Assembly (NCBI GenBank): GCA_034520885.1
Contig: JAXHNE010000007.1
Location: 118,827-182,826, forward strand
DNA length: 64,000 nt
From: Candidatus Saccharimonadota bacterium
Lineage (GTDB): Bacteria > Patescibacteriota > Saccharimonadia > Saccharimonadales > JAXHNE01
Reading direction: 5' to 3'
Below the pieces are notes generated by a model. It made no database searches and had not been told where the DNA came from. It worked only from the letters and a program-made list of their open reading frames with translations. Each line of letters begins with the position of its first letter. Position 1 is the first letter of the stretch. Below are positions 20,229 through 28,950 of the stretch, in pieces. The position numbers and the translations under genes were made by a program.

Positions 20229-21827
20229 ATGAGCCAAGACGCCCGTACCATTGAGGAGAACAGCACGCGCCGCCGGGCGACTATTCTGGGCTTGGAATAC
20301 CATAACACCGCCGGAACCGACAAACAGCTATATAAAGAGCTTATGACGTTCGAACAAATGCAGCAGATGCGCGTGGTGCCACTTTCCGCTAATAAACAAG
20401 CCATTAACTTCGGCGTTACCAATAATACCTCGCAGCAAACATTCGAAAAGCTGCGGCACACGTTTTTGGATCAGCGGCTACGTTTTTATCTGATTTCCGA
20501 CGCCGGATTCCGGGAATACATGAAACTGTACAACCCGCCAAAAAAAGTTGAGTACCATGACATCGAGATCAAAGGCGAGGATACCGAACAGATCATTAAA
20601 CGGGTGTCGGATACGCTCAATCAAGTCCGTGCCGATGATATGTTGGCGTACCTGGTGCAACAGGCCCATAAACTCGGTGCTTCGGATATTCACCTGGAAA
20701 ACCAGGAAGAAGAAGTCCGAATTCGGTTTCGTATTGACGGGGTGCTGCACCCGGTCGCCAGGTTGAGTAAAGAACGCTGCCGGCTGTTGATGTCGGCCAT
20801 TGCCAGCGCCGGTAATATTTCTACCGCGGCCGATGCCGCCCAACAAGGGCATATTCACCAAAAAGGCAAAATGGCCGATGGCGCGGACGTTGACGTTAAT
20901 GTTCGCCTGGAAACCGTCCCCACCATAAATGGCATGGACGCCGTGATGCGCCTGTTTAATATGGATGCCGAACGCTACAAGTTGGATCGCCTAGGGCTTT
21001 CCAGCGCGCAGCGTGAAGTGGTGGACGGTATTATCTCTCGTCCGAGTGGTTTGGTGCTGGCGGTCGGTCCGACGGGTTCGGGTAAAACTACCACGCTGTA
21101 TTCCATGCTCAACTCGCTGAATAGTGACGAACGTAAGATCATTACCATTGAAGACCCGGTAGAATTTCAGTTTCCCGGTGTAGTGCAACTGTCGGTTAAC
21201 TCCAAAAGTGGGCAGGAACAAGGTTTTGCCGAGCGCTTACGGGCGGTATTGCGGCTGGATCCGGATATCGTGATGGTCGGCGAAATTCGTGATATGGATA
21301 CCGCCAAAACCGCTTTGCAGGCCTCCTTGACCGGCCATTTGGTGTTATCCACGTTTCACGCTTCCTCCGCTGCCGCGGCGTTGACCCGGCTTTTGGACAT
21401 TATTGAAAGCAACCCGCTATATTTGTCGGCCATCCGGCTGGTCATGGCCCAGCGGCTGGTGCGTCGGCTGGATCCGGATACCAAGGTGGCTTACCAGCCT
21501 TCACAGGAGGAAATTGAGCTCATTCAGCAGGTATTTTCCACTCTACCGGAACGTATCGAACCGCCCGATCTGAGTAACTTGCAGCTGTATAAACCCGGTA
21601 GTTCGGCGGACAATCCTTTCGGGTATAAAGGGCAGGTGGCCATTCGCGAGCAGTTTACCGTGAACGATCACGTCCGAGAGATATTAAGCTCCCAAAAAGG
21701 TTTGAGCACCCAGGAAATCGAAAACGCCGCGGTACAAAGTGGCATGATTACCATGTTGCACGACGGTATGTTACAGGTAGTGAAGGGCGAGACCACGCTG
21801 GAAGAAGTCTACCGCGTCGTTGGCTAA
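20229..21827 (+). CDS. pilB: GspE/PilB-family type IV pilus / type II secretion ATPase
   Basis: 532 aa; Walker A GPTGSGKTTT, Asp box, Walker B and His box order typical of PilB/GspE. Confidence 0.9.
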   Translation: MSQDARTIEENSTRRRATILGLEYHNTAGTDKQLYKELMTFEQMQQMRVVPLSANKQAINFGVTNNTSQQTFEKLRHTFLDQRLRFYLISDAGFREYMKLYNPPKKVEYHDIEIKGEDTEQIIKRVSDTLNQVRADDMLAYLVQQAHKLGASDIHLENQEEEVRIRFRIDGVLHPVARLSKERCRLLMSAIASAGNISTAADAAQQGHIHQKGKMADGADVDVNVRLETVPTINGMDAVMRLFNMDAERYKLDRLGLSSAQREVVDGIISRPSGLVLAVGPTGSGKTTTLYSMLNSLNSDERKIITIEDPVEFQFPGVVQLSVNSKSGQEQGFAERLRAVLRLDPDIVMVGEIRDMDTAKTALQASLTGHLVLSTFHASSAAAALTRLLDIIESNPLYLSAIRLVMAQRLVRRLDPDTKVAYQPSQEEIELIQQVFSTLPERIEPPDLSNLQLYKPGSSADNPFGYKGQVAIREQFTVNDHVREILSSQKGLSTQEIENAAVQSGMITMLHDGMLQVVKGETTLEEVYRVVG

Positions 21828-21869
21828 AAGTTGATTGACACCGAAACTAGTAGTAAACTTTGCCCAAAT

Positions 21870-22226
21870 ATGAGTATCCGAATAACAGGTAAGTGTCACG
21901 AATGTGGCGAAGTTACGTTTTCACCAGACGATGTAAGGGCGTATAGGCACGAAGAGCAAGATGACGGCTGGTATGAGTTTAGGTGTAGCGCATCAGTCCA
22001 TTCAGCTAGTGAAGACTCAAGCCAATTCGTACAAAGGCCAGCTACGGGAAAGGTACTAGATCTTCTTGTTGGTTGCGGGGTAGATTTAGTGGTGATTACC
22101 CCTGTGTACGAAAGCCGGCCAAGTGACAGTACGCCGTACGAGAATGCAGACGATGCACTCATTGATCTTTACACGCTTGATGAAGGGGCGTTGTGGCAAA
22201 AAATCGAGAAAGCCAATATTAAATAA
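21870..22226 (+). CDS. hypothetical small protein with an N-terminal CxxC
   Basis: ORF 21831..22226; first ATG at 21870 (MSIRITGKCHECGEV...); no known domain. Confidence 0.4.
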   Translation: MSIRITGKCHECGEVTFSPDDVRAYRHEEQDDGWYEFRCSASVHSASEDSSQFVQRPATGKVLDLLVGCGVDLVVITPVYESRPSDSTPYENADDALIDLYTLDEGALWQKIEKANIK

Positions 22227-23358
22227 TTACTTTGGCGATTTCTGGGACTAACCGGTCGTCCAGCACGCTGGGGATGATTGTGCCGGGCGAAGGGTCGGCA
22301 ACCAGGGAGGCGATGGCTTTGGCCGCGGCGATTTTGTGCCGATCGGTGATGTTACGCACGTTGTTATCCAGCGCTCCCCGGAAAATCCCGGGAAAAGCCA
22401 GCGCGTTATTTACTTGATTGGGAAAATCGCTCCGACCGGTGGCGACCACCGCCGCGCCGGCTTTGTGCGCGACGTCGGGTAAAATTTCCGGTTCCGGATT
22501 GGCCATGGCAAAAATAATCGGGTCACGCGCCATGGTTTTAATCATTTCGGGTTTTACCAGATTGCCCTGGGAGACGCCGATAAAAATGTCGGCGTTTTCC
22601 ATGGCGTTAGCCAAATTACCATCGTTTTGCGTGACGATCACGTTTTCGTCCACCAGTTTTTGCTTGCTGGCATTTAAATCGGTTCGCTTCTTGTTGATGG
22701 TTCCTTTGCTATCTACCGCCTGAATAATGACTCGCGGGGCATACAGCTTGAGGAGTTTCATGATGGCCACGCCGGCGGCGCCCACGCCGCTGAATGTCAC
22801 CCGGCAGTCGTTCAGATCTTTGTCGACGATCCGTAAAGCATTTAGCAAGCCGGCGAGTACGACAATGGCGGTGCCGTGTTGATCATCGTGGAACACTGGC
22901 ATCGAAAGCTCTTTTTTAAGCCTATCCTCAATCACAAAACATTGCGGCGCGGCAATGTCTTCCAGATTAATACCGCCGAAACTCGGGGCGATAGCTTTAA
23001 CGGCGGCTACGATTTCATCCTCACTGTGTACATCCAAAATAATCGGTACGGCATCGATGTCAGCGAAGTGTTTAAACAACATGGCCTTGCCTTCCATGAC
23101 CGGAAGTGCGCCTTTGGGGCCGATGTCGCCCAGACCCAACACCGCGGAACCGTCACTAATCACCGCGACGTTGTTGTTTAGCCAGGTATACTCGCGCGCT
23201 TGCTCGGGGTGTTCGGCCACGAACGAAGAAACCGCGGCCACGCCGGGGGTGTAGTAAGTGCTAAGTTTTTCCTGGGAATCGAGCGGATCTTTGAGTGAAA
23301 GATAGATTTTTCCGCGCAAGTCCTTATGTTTTCGCAAAGCCAGTTTTTTATAATCCAT
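22219..23358 (-). CDS. NAD(P)-dependent malic enzyme (short form)
   Basis: Strong resemblance to bacterial malic enzymes (YYTPGVA, GLGDIGP, FSGVGAAG); start set to MDYKKLAL... Confidence 0.9.
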   Translation of the reverse strand: MDYKKLALRKHKDLRGKIYLSLKDPLDSQEKLSTYYTPGVAAVSSFVAEHPEQAREYTWLNNNVAVISDGSAVLGLGDIGPKGALPVMEGKAMLFKHFADIDAVPIILDVHSEDEIVAAVKAIAPSFGGINLEDIAAPQCFVIEDRLKKELSMPVFHDDQHGTAIVVLAGLLNALRIVDKDLNDCRVTFSGVGAAGVAIMKLLKLYAPRVIIQAVDSKGTINKKRTDLNASKQKLVDENVIVTQNDGNLANAMENADIFIGVSQGNLVKPEMIKTMARDPIIFAMANPEPEILPDVAHKAGAAVVATGRSDFPNQVNNALAFPGIFRGALDNNVRNITDRHKIAAAKAIASLVADPSPGTIIPSVLDDRLVPEIAKVII

Positions 23359-23416
23359 GGCAAATAGTGTAACCAGCCTCGCGGGCAAAAGCGAGCGTTT
23401 TTACGTCCCCGGATTG

Positions 23417-23590
23417 TTGCTTTTTTGTGGAAACTCCTGTAGAATCACTCAAGTTAAGCCCGGTAGTGAGCTTTCCGTGCTACTTCGTAGAACGGAAAAT
23501 CAATCTGGAAGTGAACTTGCTGTCAGGGCAAAATGTTAGGTAAATATTAAGATTTGGTCGTCTGACCAAAAGGAAAGTCTACTACCGGGT
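23417..23590 (+). promoter_or_regulatory. rplS promoter (TTGCTT-17-TAGAAT) plus ~140-nt structured leader
   Basis: CCCGGTAGT (23459-67) is complementary to ACTACCGGG (23581-89) abutting the ATG. Internal hairpins: TTCCGTGCTACttcGTAGaACGGAA and TTTGGTCgtctGACCAAA. Confidence 0.4.
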
Positions 23591-24112
23591 ATGGAGTCTT
23601 TAGTCCAAAAAATTGAAGCCAAGCACAAAAAAGCGCAGGTCGTGGACGTACGTTCCGGTGACACCGTTGAAGTGCATCAAAAAGTTCAGGAAGCCGGCAA
23701 AGAACGTATCCAGGTATTCAAAGGCACGGTGATTCGCGTGGATCGCAAAAACAGCCTGACCTCACGAATTCTGGTGCGTCGTATCGCCAGTGGCGTGGGC
23801 GTAGAAAAGAGCTTTTTGCTACACAGCCCGCTGGTTACCAAGATTGAAGTCACTAAGCGCAGTAAAGTGCGCCGTAATTACCTAACTTACATGCGTAAGC
23901 GAACCGGTCGCTCCGCCCGGCTCAACAGCCTTGATTTTGACCGCGAAGCGGTAAATACCGTACGCGACGAAGCCGCGGAAAAAGCCGAAGAAGAAGCAAA
24001 GGCCAAAGTCGCCGCCGAACACGAAGCCGTCGAAGCCAAAAAAGCCGAGGAAGAAAAGAAGCTCGAAGAAAAAGCCGATCAAGCCCTCAAAAACCGCGAA
24101 ACGGAAAGCTAG
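23591..24112 (+). CDS. rplS: 50S ribosomal protein L19 with a Lys/Glu/Ala-rich C-terminal extension
   Basis: VVDVRSGDTVEVHQKV...IQVFKGTVI core; about 55 extra C-terminal residues. Confidence 0.9.
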   Translation: MESLVQKIEAKHKKAQVVDVRSGDTVEVHQKVQEAGKERIQVFKGTVIRVDRKNSLTSRILVRRIASGVGVEKSFLLHSPLVTKIEVTKRSKVRRNYLTYMRKRTGRSARLNSLDFDREAVNTVRDEAAEKAEEEAKAKVAAEHEAVEAKKAEEEKKLEEKADQALKNRETES

Positions 24113-24147
24113 TTGTTAGTCCACAGTCATTCGTTTATAGTTTGAGT
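24113..24147. repeat. heptad-periodic tract (ttgttag tccacag tcattcg tttatag tttgagt)
   Basis: T-N4-AG pattern every 7 nt, directly after the rplS stop. Confidence 0.7.
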
Positions 24148-24510
24148 GTGGGTAAATCGTTTAAAGATCTGAAAGTTTGGCAAAAGTCCATTGATCTTGC
24201 AGAGTCAGTGTATAGACTGTGTGGTTCCTTGCCGAGTTCCGAGAAATATGGGCTATGCTTTCAAATGCAAAGGTGCGCTGTTTCTGTAGCGTCAAATATC
24301 GCCGAAGGCAGTAAGAGAAGAACCTCGAAAGATTTTCACCACTTCGTGTCCATATCTAAAGGCTCGACCGCTGAACTTGAAACCCAGCTAGTTATTGCGA
24401 ATAGAGTCCATGAACTTGACACCACGAACGTTATCCAAAGACTGATTGAAGTGCAAAAAATGCTAGAGAAGCTCGACCAAAGTTTATTAAGAACTAAGAC
24501 TAATGACTGA
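24142..24510 (+). CDS. four-helix-bundle protein (23S rRNA intervening-sequence protein family)
   Basis: FKDLKVWQKSIDLAESVY...ASNIAEGSKRRTSKDFHHFVSISKGSTAELETQL is characteristic of this family; start codon uncertain (TTG/GTG). Confidence 0.8.
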   Translation: MSVGKSFKDLKVWQKSIDLAESVYRLCGSLPSSEKYGLCFQMQRCAVSVASNIAEGSKRRTSKDFHHFVSISKGSTAELETQLVIANRVHELDTTNVIQRLIEVQKMLEKLDQSLLRTKTND

Positions 24511-24529
24511 TAACAAAAGACCAAAGACT
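24495..24529. repeat. heptad-periodic tract (taagact aatgact gataaca aaagacc aaagact)
   Basis: Spans the four-helix-bundle stop and the first codons of rnhB. Confidence 0.65.
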
Positions 24530-25084
24530 GTCATTGGGATTGATGAAGTCGGGCGCGGTGCTTGGGCGGGGCCGTTGCTTGTCGTCGCGGCTCGCCTGAC
24601 GGGCGAACTGCCTCAGGGCTTAATGGATTCCAAGCAACTCAGCAAACAAAAACGCGAAACCATATTCCGGCTTCTCCCTTCCAGCTTCCACTTCGGCGAA
24701 GGCTGGGTGGAGCCCGGCGAGATTGACGAGCTCGGACTGAGCGGAGCCATGCGTGTAGCCGTTGCCCGGGCACTATTGGCGCTGGGCGCGACGTTTGAGG
24801 AGCGGATTATTATGGACGGGAACGTAAATTACTGCCCGGCGGAATTTACCGCCGTGGAGGTTATTCCCAAAGCGGACGACTCACACGCCGAGGTTAGCGC
24901 GGCCAGTATTTACGCCAAAGTAGCGCGGGATAAGCACATGGTACGCGCCGCCCGGTTTTACCCGTTTTACGGGTTCGAACGCCACGTGGGCTACGGTACT
25001 GCCGTGCACAAATCGGCGCTTAAAGTGCACGGAATCAGTAAGCTGCACCGTAAAAGTTATAAACCGGTTGCCGCTTTTGCATGA
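24503..25084 (+). CDS. rnhB: ribonuclease HII
   Basis: IGIDEVGRGAWAGPL catalytic motif; 193 aa. Confidence 0.9.
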   Translation: MTDNKRPKTVIGIDEVGRGAWAGPLLVVAARLTGELPQGLMDSKQLSKQKRETIFRLLPSSFHFGEGWVEPGEIDELGLSGAMRVAVARALLALGATFEERIIMDGNVNYCPAEFTAVEVIPKADDSHAEVSAASIYAKVARDKHMVRAARFYPFYGFERHVGYGTAVHKSALKVHGISKLHRKSYKPVAAFA

Positions 25085-25425
25085 GTTCGACCACCAAAAC
25101 AATTGGTGATAGCGGGGAAGACCGGGCTTGTGAGTATTTACGCGGGCGCAAGTTTAAAATTATTGAACGTAATTGGCGCACCCGATATTGCGAAATTGAT
25201 ATCATTGCCAAAAAGAAGAAGCGCCTGTACTTCGTAGAAGTTAAAACCCGCAAATCATCGGACTTCGGCCGTGGCGAAGACTACGTGACCCCAAAGAAGT
25301 TGCAGCAAATGAAGTTCGCGGCGGAAGCGTGGGTAAACACCAACCAATGGAAAGGCGAGTACCAGCTGGCGGTCATCGGCATAACCGGAGAAGAACTGAA
25401 CTACGTGGAAGTGTTATATAACTAG
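25081..25425 (+). CDS. yraN: YraN-family (UPF0102) endonuclease-like protein
   Basis: GDSGEDRACEYLRGRKFKIIERNWRTRYCEIDIIA typical of UPF0102; ATGA overlap with rnhB. Confidence 0.85.
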   Translation: MSSTTKTIGDSGEDRACEYLRGRKFKIIERNWRTRYCEIDIIAKKKKRLYFVEVKTRKSSDFGRGEDYVTPKKLQQMKFAAEAWVNTNQWKGEYQLAVIGITGEELNYVEVLYN

Positions 25426-25520
25426 TTATATAACAGTTTATAGTTGTCAGTCTTCAGTTGTCCGTTCTCAGTCTTCAATCAGCAGATTACAGACAACAAA
25501 TCACGGATAACAATTCAAAA
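25426..25520. repeat. heptad-periodic tract (~13 units: tcagtct tcagttg tccgttc tcagtct tcaatca gcagatt acagaca ...)
   Basis: nCAGnnn recurs every 7 nt, directly after the yraN stop. Confidence 0.75.
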
Positions 25521-25549
25521 TATGAAAACTGCCGTCAAACGATTCAATA

Positions 25550-25591
25550 AATAATATTAGAATTAATACTAGAGTTAATTCTAGTATTATT
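25550..25591. other. AT-rich 17-bp inverted repeat (AATAATATTAGAATTAA-N8-TTAATTCTAGTATTATT)
   Basis: One mismatch; possible bidirectional terminator between yraN and the pepN 3' side. Confidence 0.5.
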
Positions 25592-25631
25592 GCTCTGCAA
25601 CGGGGGCGTAATGGCTGTAACTAGATGAATG

Positions 25632-25689
25632 GTATGTTTCGGCGCAAAGCTTCGCCTTTGCTTTCCCGACTATCATTTTGGTTCGGCAA
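25632..25689 (+). repeat. ~58-bp direct repeat, copy 1
   Basis: gtatgtttcggcgcaaagcttcgcctttgctttcccgactatcattttggttcggcaa; contains a GCAAAG/CTTTGC hairpin. Confidence 0.85.
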
Positions 25690-25753
25690 CATCGAAGCTG
25701 TCTGGTCAGCTTCACCCCCAGGCACTTTTTGCATGGTCAAAAAGTGCCCCAAA

Positions 25754-25814
25754 GTATGTTTTTTCGGAGCAAAGCTTCGCTTTTGCTTTCCCGACTATCT
25801 TTTTGGTTCGGCAA
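25754..25814 (+). repeat. ~58-bp direct repeat, copy 2
   Basis: gtatgttttttcggagcaaagcttcgcttttgctttcccgactatctttttggttcggcaa; near-identical to copy 1. Confidence 0.85.
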
Positions 25815-25841
25815 AAAGATAGACAAAAAGCCGACAGGCGG

Positions 25842-26006
25842 CTCCTCAAATCGTGACTGGCCGCCACCTCGGGCAAGCAGCGTGTCCATTGCGGGAACGA
25901 CCCTAAAGGGCTCGGCCTTGGCTGCTTTATCTAAAGCAGGCAGCCAAGACTGTCCTCGGACAACGATTCGCTGCTTGCCCGGGTGCCGTCCAATCAGTTT
26001 GAGGAG
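25842..26006. ncRNA. candidate rod-like structured RNA, or a long imperfect palindrome (identity and strand unknown)
   Basis: Nested perfect complementarities: CTCCTCAAA/TTTGAGGAG, CGGGCAAGCAGCG/CGCTGCTTGCCCG (13 bp), CTTGGCTGC/GCAGCCAAG, CTGCTTTA/TAAAGCAG. No ORF. Confidence 0.25.
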
Positions 26007-26047
26007 AGCCTGAGATCTCGCCACCTACTTTTTACTTATTACTTTCC

Positions 26048-26124
26048 CCATCTTCCATCTTCTATCTTCCAAATTCCATCTTCTAGCCGTTGCATTCAAT
26101 CCCCATTCCCCAATCTTCCATCTA
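26048..26124. repeat. heptad-periodic tract (ccatctt ccatctt ctatctt ccaaatt ccatctt ...)
   Basis: Read directly; lies just 3' of pepN (minus strand). Confidence 0.75.
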
Positions 26125-26191
26125 TCATGACGATCACCCCTCATCTATTATCTCTCACCTATGCGGCCTTGCCGCACCCATCTTCCAACTA

Positions 26192-28813
26192 CTACTTCCG
26201 GTTCTTGAAAAGAGTAAGCACTTCCTTGTAATCGCGGTCTTTCCAGGCGGATTGCCACTGTAGCATTTCCAGGCCTTGGTTGTAGGCGCGCTCGAATGAC
26301 GGGGACAGTTTGGGCTCAAAGAAGGCTTTGTATTCTTTGATGAACTCCTTGTCGCTGCGTACGCGGGCCACGTAAATCGGTATGCGGTAAAAGCTTAAGT
26401 CGCTTCCTAGGTTTTCTTCCAGCCAATCCCAATTGTCTTTTATCCACTGCCAGGTGATTTCCCGGGCGTGGCGGTTCATTAAACTGTAGGCCATCCAATA
26501 AGCCACGTCCTGCAAGCGCACGTCTTCGGATTTGATCATGCCCAGGGCGCGTTTTATCAATTTTTCCTGCCGGAAGCTGGTAAGTGCCGCGGCGATGGTG
26601 ACCTTTTCATCACTTAAGTGCGCGTTTCTGTGCAGTTCGACCAATTTGTCGAAGGTTTTTTCGTCACCCAAACGGGCTACGGTGCCGAAGACCACGCTGC
26701 GTAGATCGGAATCAATGGAGTTGCCCCGCTTGACCTGCTTGGAGTCCTGGGCGCGGCCGCGGCGGATATCGGCGCTGATGTCTTCCACGTCGTGCGCCTT
26801 TTTGAATAACGCTTTGGCGTGTTCCACGGTTTCCGGGTCGTCAACGTTGGCGGCAATCCCCAAAATGACCGGCCGGAGCAGGGAATCGAAGTGTGATTCG
26901 TCGTCTTTCTTTTCCCACCCCAGGCGTTCAAGCTCCTTAGCGACCAAATGCCGGACGAACGGTTTCATGGCCTCGCGAATTTCTTCCTCGTGCATAACCA
27001 AGCGTACGCTGCCCAACACGCCGGCGATAATGTCCCACACGGCGTAATCGGTTTCGTCCTCAAAGTGGGAGACAAACTCCAGGGCGTCGACGGTCGAAGT
27101 TTTGCCGGCTTTGGCGGTTTCGATAATATCGGCCAAAAGCCCCAAGCGGTCTTCGGGCGGGACGTGTCCTTTCTGGATTTGCGATCCGAGCCGCTGCATG
27201 TGCGAGCTATTGTAGCTGACACGGTAAAAACCGGCGCTGCCTTGGTTGATCAGAAAGTGATCGGGGTCTTTCAGGGTAAGCGCCAGTGACGCTTGGTCGA
27301 AGGTGGATTCTTCTTCGGTGGATTCAGTGGTTTGTAAGGCAATCGGCCACAGTTGCTCCCCGGGTTTTTCCGGCGGGTTGACGTAAAAACGCCGCTGCGT
27401 GATACGCGCCCGATTATTTTCGACCTCGGCGTTAACTAACGGGAAGCCGCTGGTGGACGTCCAGGCGTGCATAAAATCCATGACCGGCTTGCCGGAAATT
27501 TCTTCCAGCGCTCGCCATAAATCAACCGTATCGGTGTTGCCGTATTCGTGTTTTTTCAAATAGTGTTTGAGTCCGGCCCGGAAAGCCTCGGCGCCCAAGT
27601 AATCTTGCAGCATGTGAATAACGCTGGCACCTTTGCTGTAGCTGATGGTGTCGAAGATACTGCGGATTTCATCGGGATGTTTGATGGGCACTTCCACCGG
27701 GTGGGTGTGCTCCAGGGCATCCAGTTTGAGCGCTTGTTGTTGTTCGTCCACCAAAAATTGCGTCCAGACGTTCCATTCGGGGAAGATGTGATCCACCGCC
27801 AAAAATTCGATCCAGCTGGCAAATCCTTCGTTTAACCACAAATCCGTCCACCACCGCATGGTCACCAGGTTGCCAAACCACTGGTGTGCCAGCTCGTGGG
27901 CGATAACCATGGCCACGCGTTGTTTCATGGAAAGCGGAGAATGTTCTTCGTCGATCAATAAGGCTTGTTCACGGTAGGTAATGCAGCCCCAGTTTTCCAT
28001 GGCACCGCTGGCAAAGTCGGGCAAGGCAATGTGATCGCATTTTTCTAGCGGATAAGGAATGCCGAAATAATCTTCGTAAAAATCCAAGGCTTTGGTAGCG
28101 AAATCCAGGGCAAAATCGGTGAGCGCTACGTTACTTGCCGTGGCGTAAATGCGTACCTGGGTGCCGCTTTTGGACTTGCTTTGTTCGTAGCCCATTTCGC
28201 CGTAAATGAAGGCGAGTAAATAGGTGGACATGTGCGGGGTTTTCTCGAACGTCGTGGTCGTTAAGCCGTTCGTGGTGTCTTGTTTTTCGGGCGGCGTGTT
28301 GGACAGCACGGTTTCGCCTTCCGGCGTGGTGAGGGTCAACTGGAAGGTGGCTTTGGCTTCGGGCTCATCGATACAAGGGAAGACTTCCCGCGCGTAGTGG
28401 CTTTCGAACTGCGTGGCGATAAGCTTTTTTTGTTCGCCGTCGTGATTGAAAAAACAGGGGTAAATGCCATTCATTTGCCGGGTAATTTTTCCGGAAAACT
28501 CCAAACGAACGGTAACGTTGCCCGGATAAATGGTTTGGTCGGTGTGGAGCCGTACCTCATCGTAAGCTTTGTGAGCGTTGATGCGCGTGACCCGCAATTC
28601 TTGATCACCTTTTTTGTCATGGCGGGTGATAGTGGCTTTGGTTACTTTCAGGCCTTTTTGATGAAAGGTGAGCCGCTTTGTAGGCTGCCCGATCTTTTTC
28701 CCGCTAATAATCACGGTACCCTCAAAGCTCATTTTTTGTTTATCGGGGGAAAGCGACAGGACGTAGTGTTGCGGGGTAAACCGCTGGTTAAGTAACGTGA
28801 CGGATTTGCTCAT
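26192..28813 (-). CDS. pepN: M1-family aminopeptidase N
   Basis: GAMEN exopeptidase motif and HELAHQWFGN...WLNEGFA zinc site; start set to MSKSVTLLNQ (ATG 28813) inside ORF 26192..28921. Confidence 0.9.
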   Translation of the reverse strand: MSKSVTLLNQRFTPQHYVLSLSPDKQKMSFEGTVIISGKKIGQPTKRLTFHQKGLKVTKATITRHDKKGDQELRVTRINAHKAYDEVRLHTDQTIYPGNVTVRLEFSGKITRQMNGIYPCFFNHDGEQKKLIATQFESHYAREVFPCIDEPEAKATFQLTLTTPEGETVLSNTPPEKQDTTNGLTTTTFEKTPHMSTYLLAFIYGEMGYEQSKSKSGTQVRIYATASNVALTDFALDFATKALDFYEDYFGIPYPLEKCDHIALPDFASGAMENWGCITYREQALLIDEEHSPLSMKQRVAMVIAHELAHQWFGNLVTMRWWTDLWLNEGFASWIEFLAVDHIFPEWNVWTQFLVDEQQQALKLDALEHTHPVEVPIKHPDEIRSIFDTISYSKGASVIHMLQDYLGAEAFRAGLKHYLKKHEYGNTDTVDLWRALEEISGKPVMDFMHAWTSTSGFPLVNAEVENNRARITQRRFYVNPPEKPGEQLWPIALQTTESTEEESTFDQASLALTLKDPDHFLINQGSAGFYRVSYNSSHMQRLGSQIQKGHVPPEDRLGLLADIIETAKAGKTSTVDALEFVSHFEDETDYAVWDIIAGVLGSVRLVMHEEEIREAMKPFVRHLVAKELERLGWEKKDDESHFDSLLRPVILGIAANVDDPETVEHAKALFKKAHDVEDISADIRRGRAQDSKQVKRGNSIDSDLRSVVFGTVARLGDEKTFDKLVELHRNAHLSDEKVTIAAALTSFRQEKLIKRALGMIKSEDVRLQDVAYWMAYSLMNRHAREITWQWIKDNWDWLEENLGSDLSFYRIPIYVARVRSDKEFIKEYKAFFEPKLSPSFERAYNQGLEMLQWQSAWKDRDYKEVLTLFKNRK

Positions 28814-28950
28814 ATAAAAACTGATACCTTTATGATTTTTCCTACATTGTTTTCCGTCCGGAATACGCCTCCTTTCCATAAAGCAGGACGTATTACGGGC
28901 TCTTCCGTATGATTTTATCATGCTTTGGAGGTCCGTTGGGAGGGATTAGT

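Noticed and set aside
25917-25960. SRP (4.5S) RNA: the minus strand contains AAGCAGCCAAGGC, identical, as far as I recall, to the conserved 3' side of E. coli 4.5S RNA helix 8
   Set aside because: The required partner features are missing: no GNRA tetraloop, no 5'-side symmetric/asymmetric loops in register, and the pairing consumes the AGCA that should stay unpaired. The match may be fortuitous in a palindrome. An Infernal scan would settle it.
25625-26231. ORFs of 65-111 aa predicted in the yraN-pepN spacer, and a 102-aa ORF at 28909..29217
   Set aside because: They are encoded by direct repeats, palindromes and heptad tracts, have implausible composition, and overlap each other in several frames.
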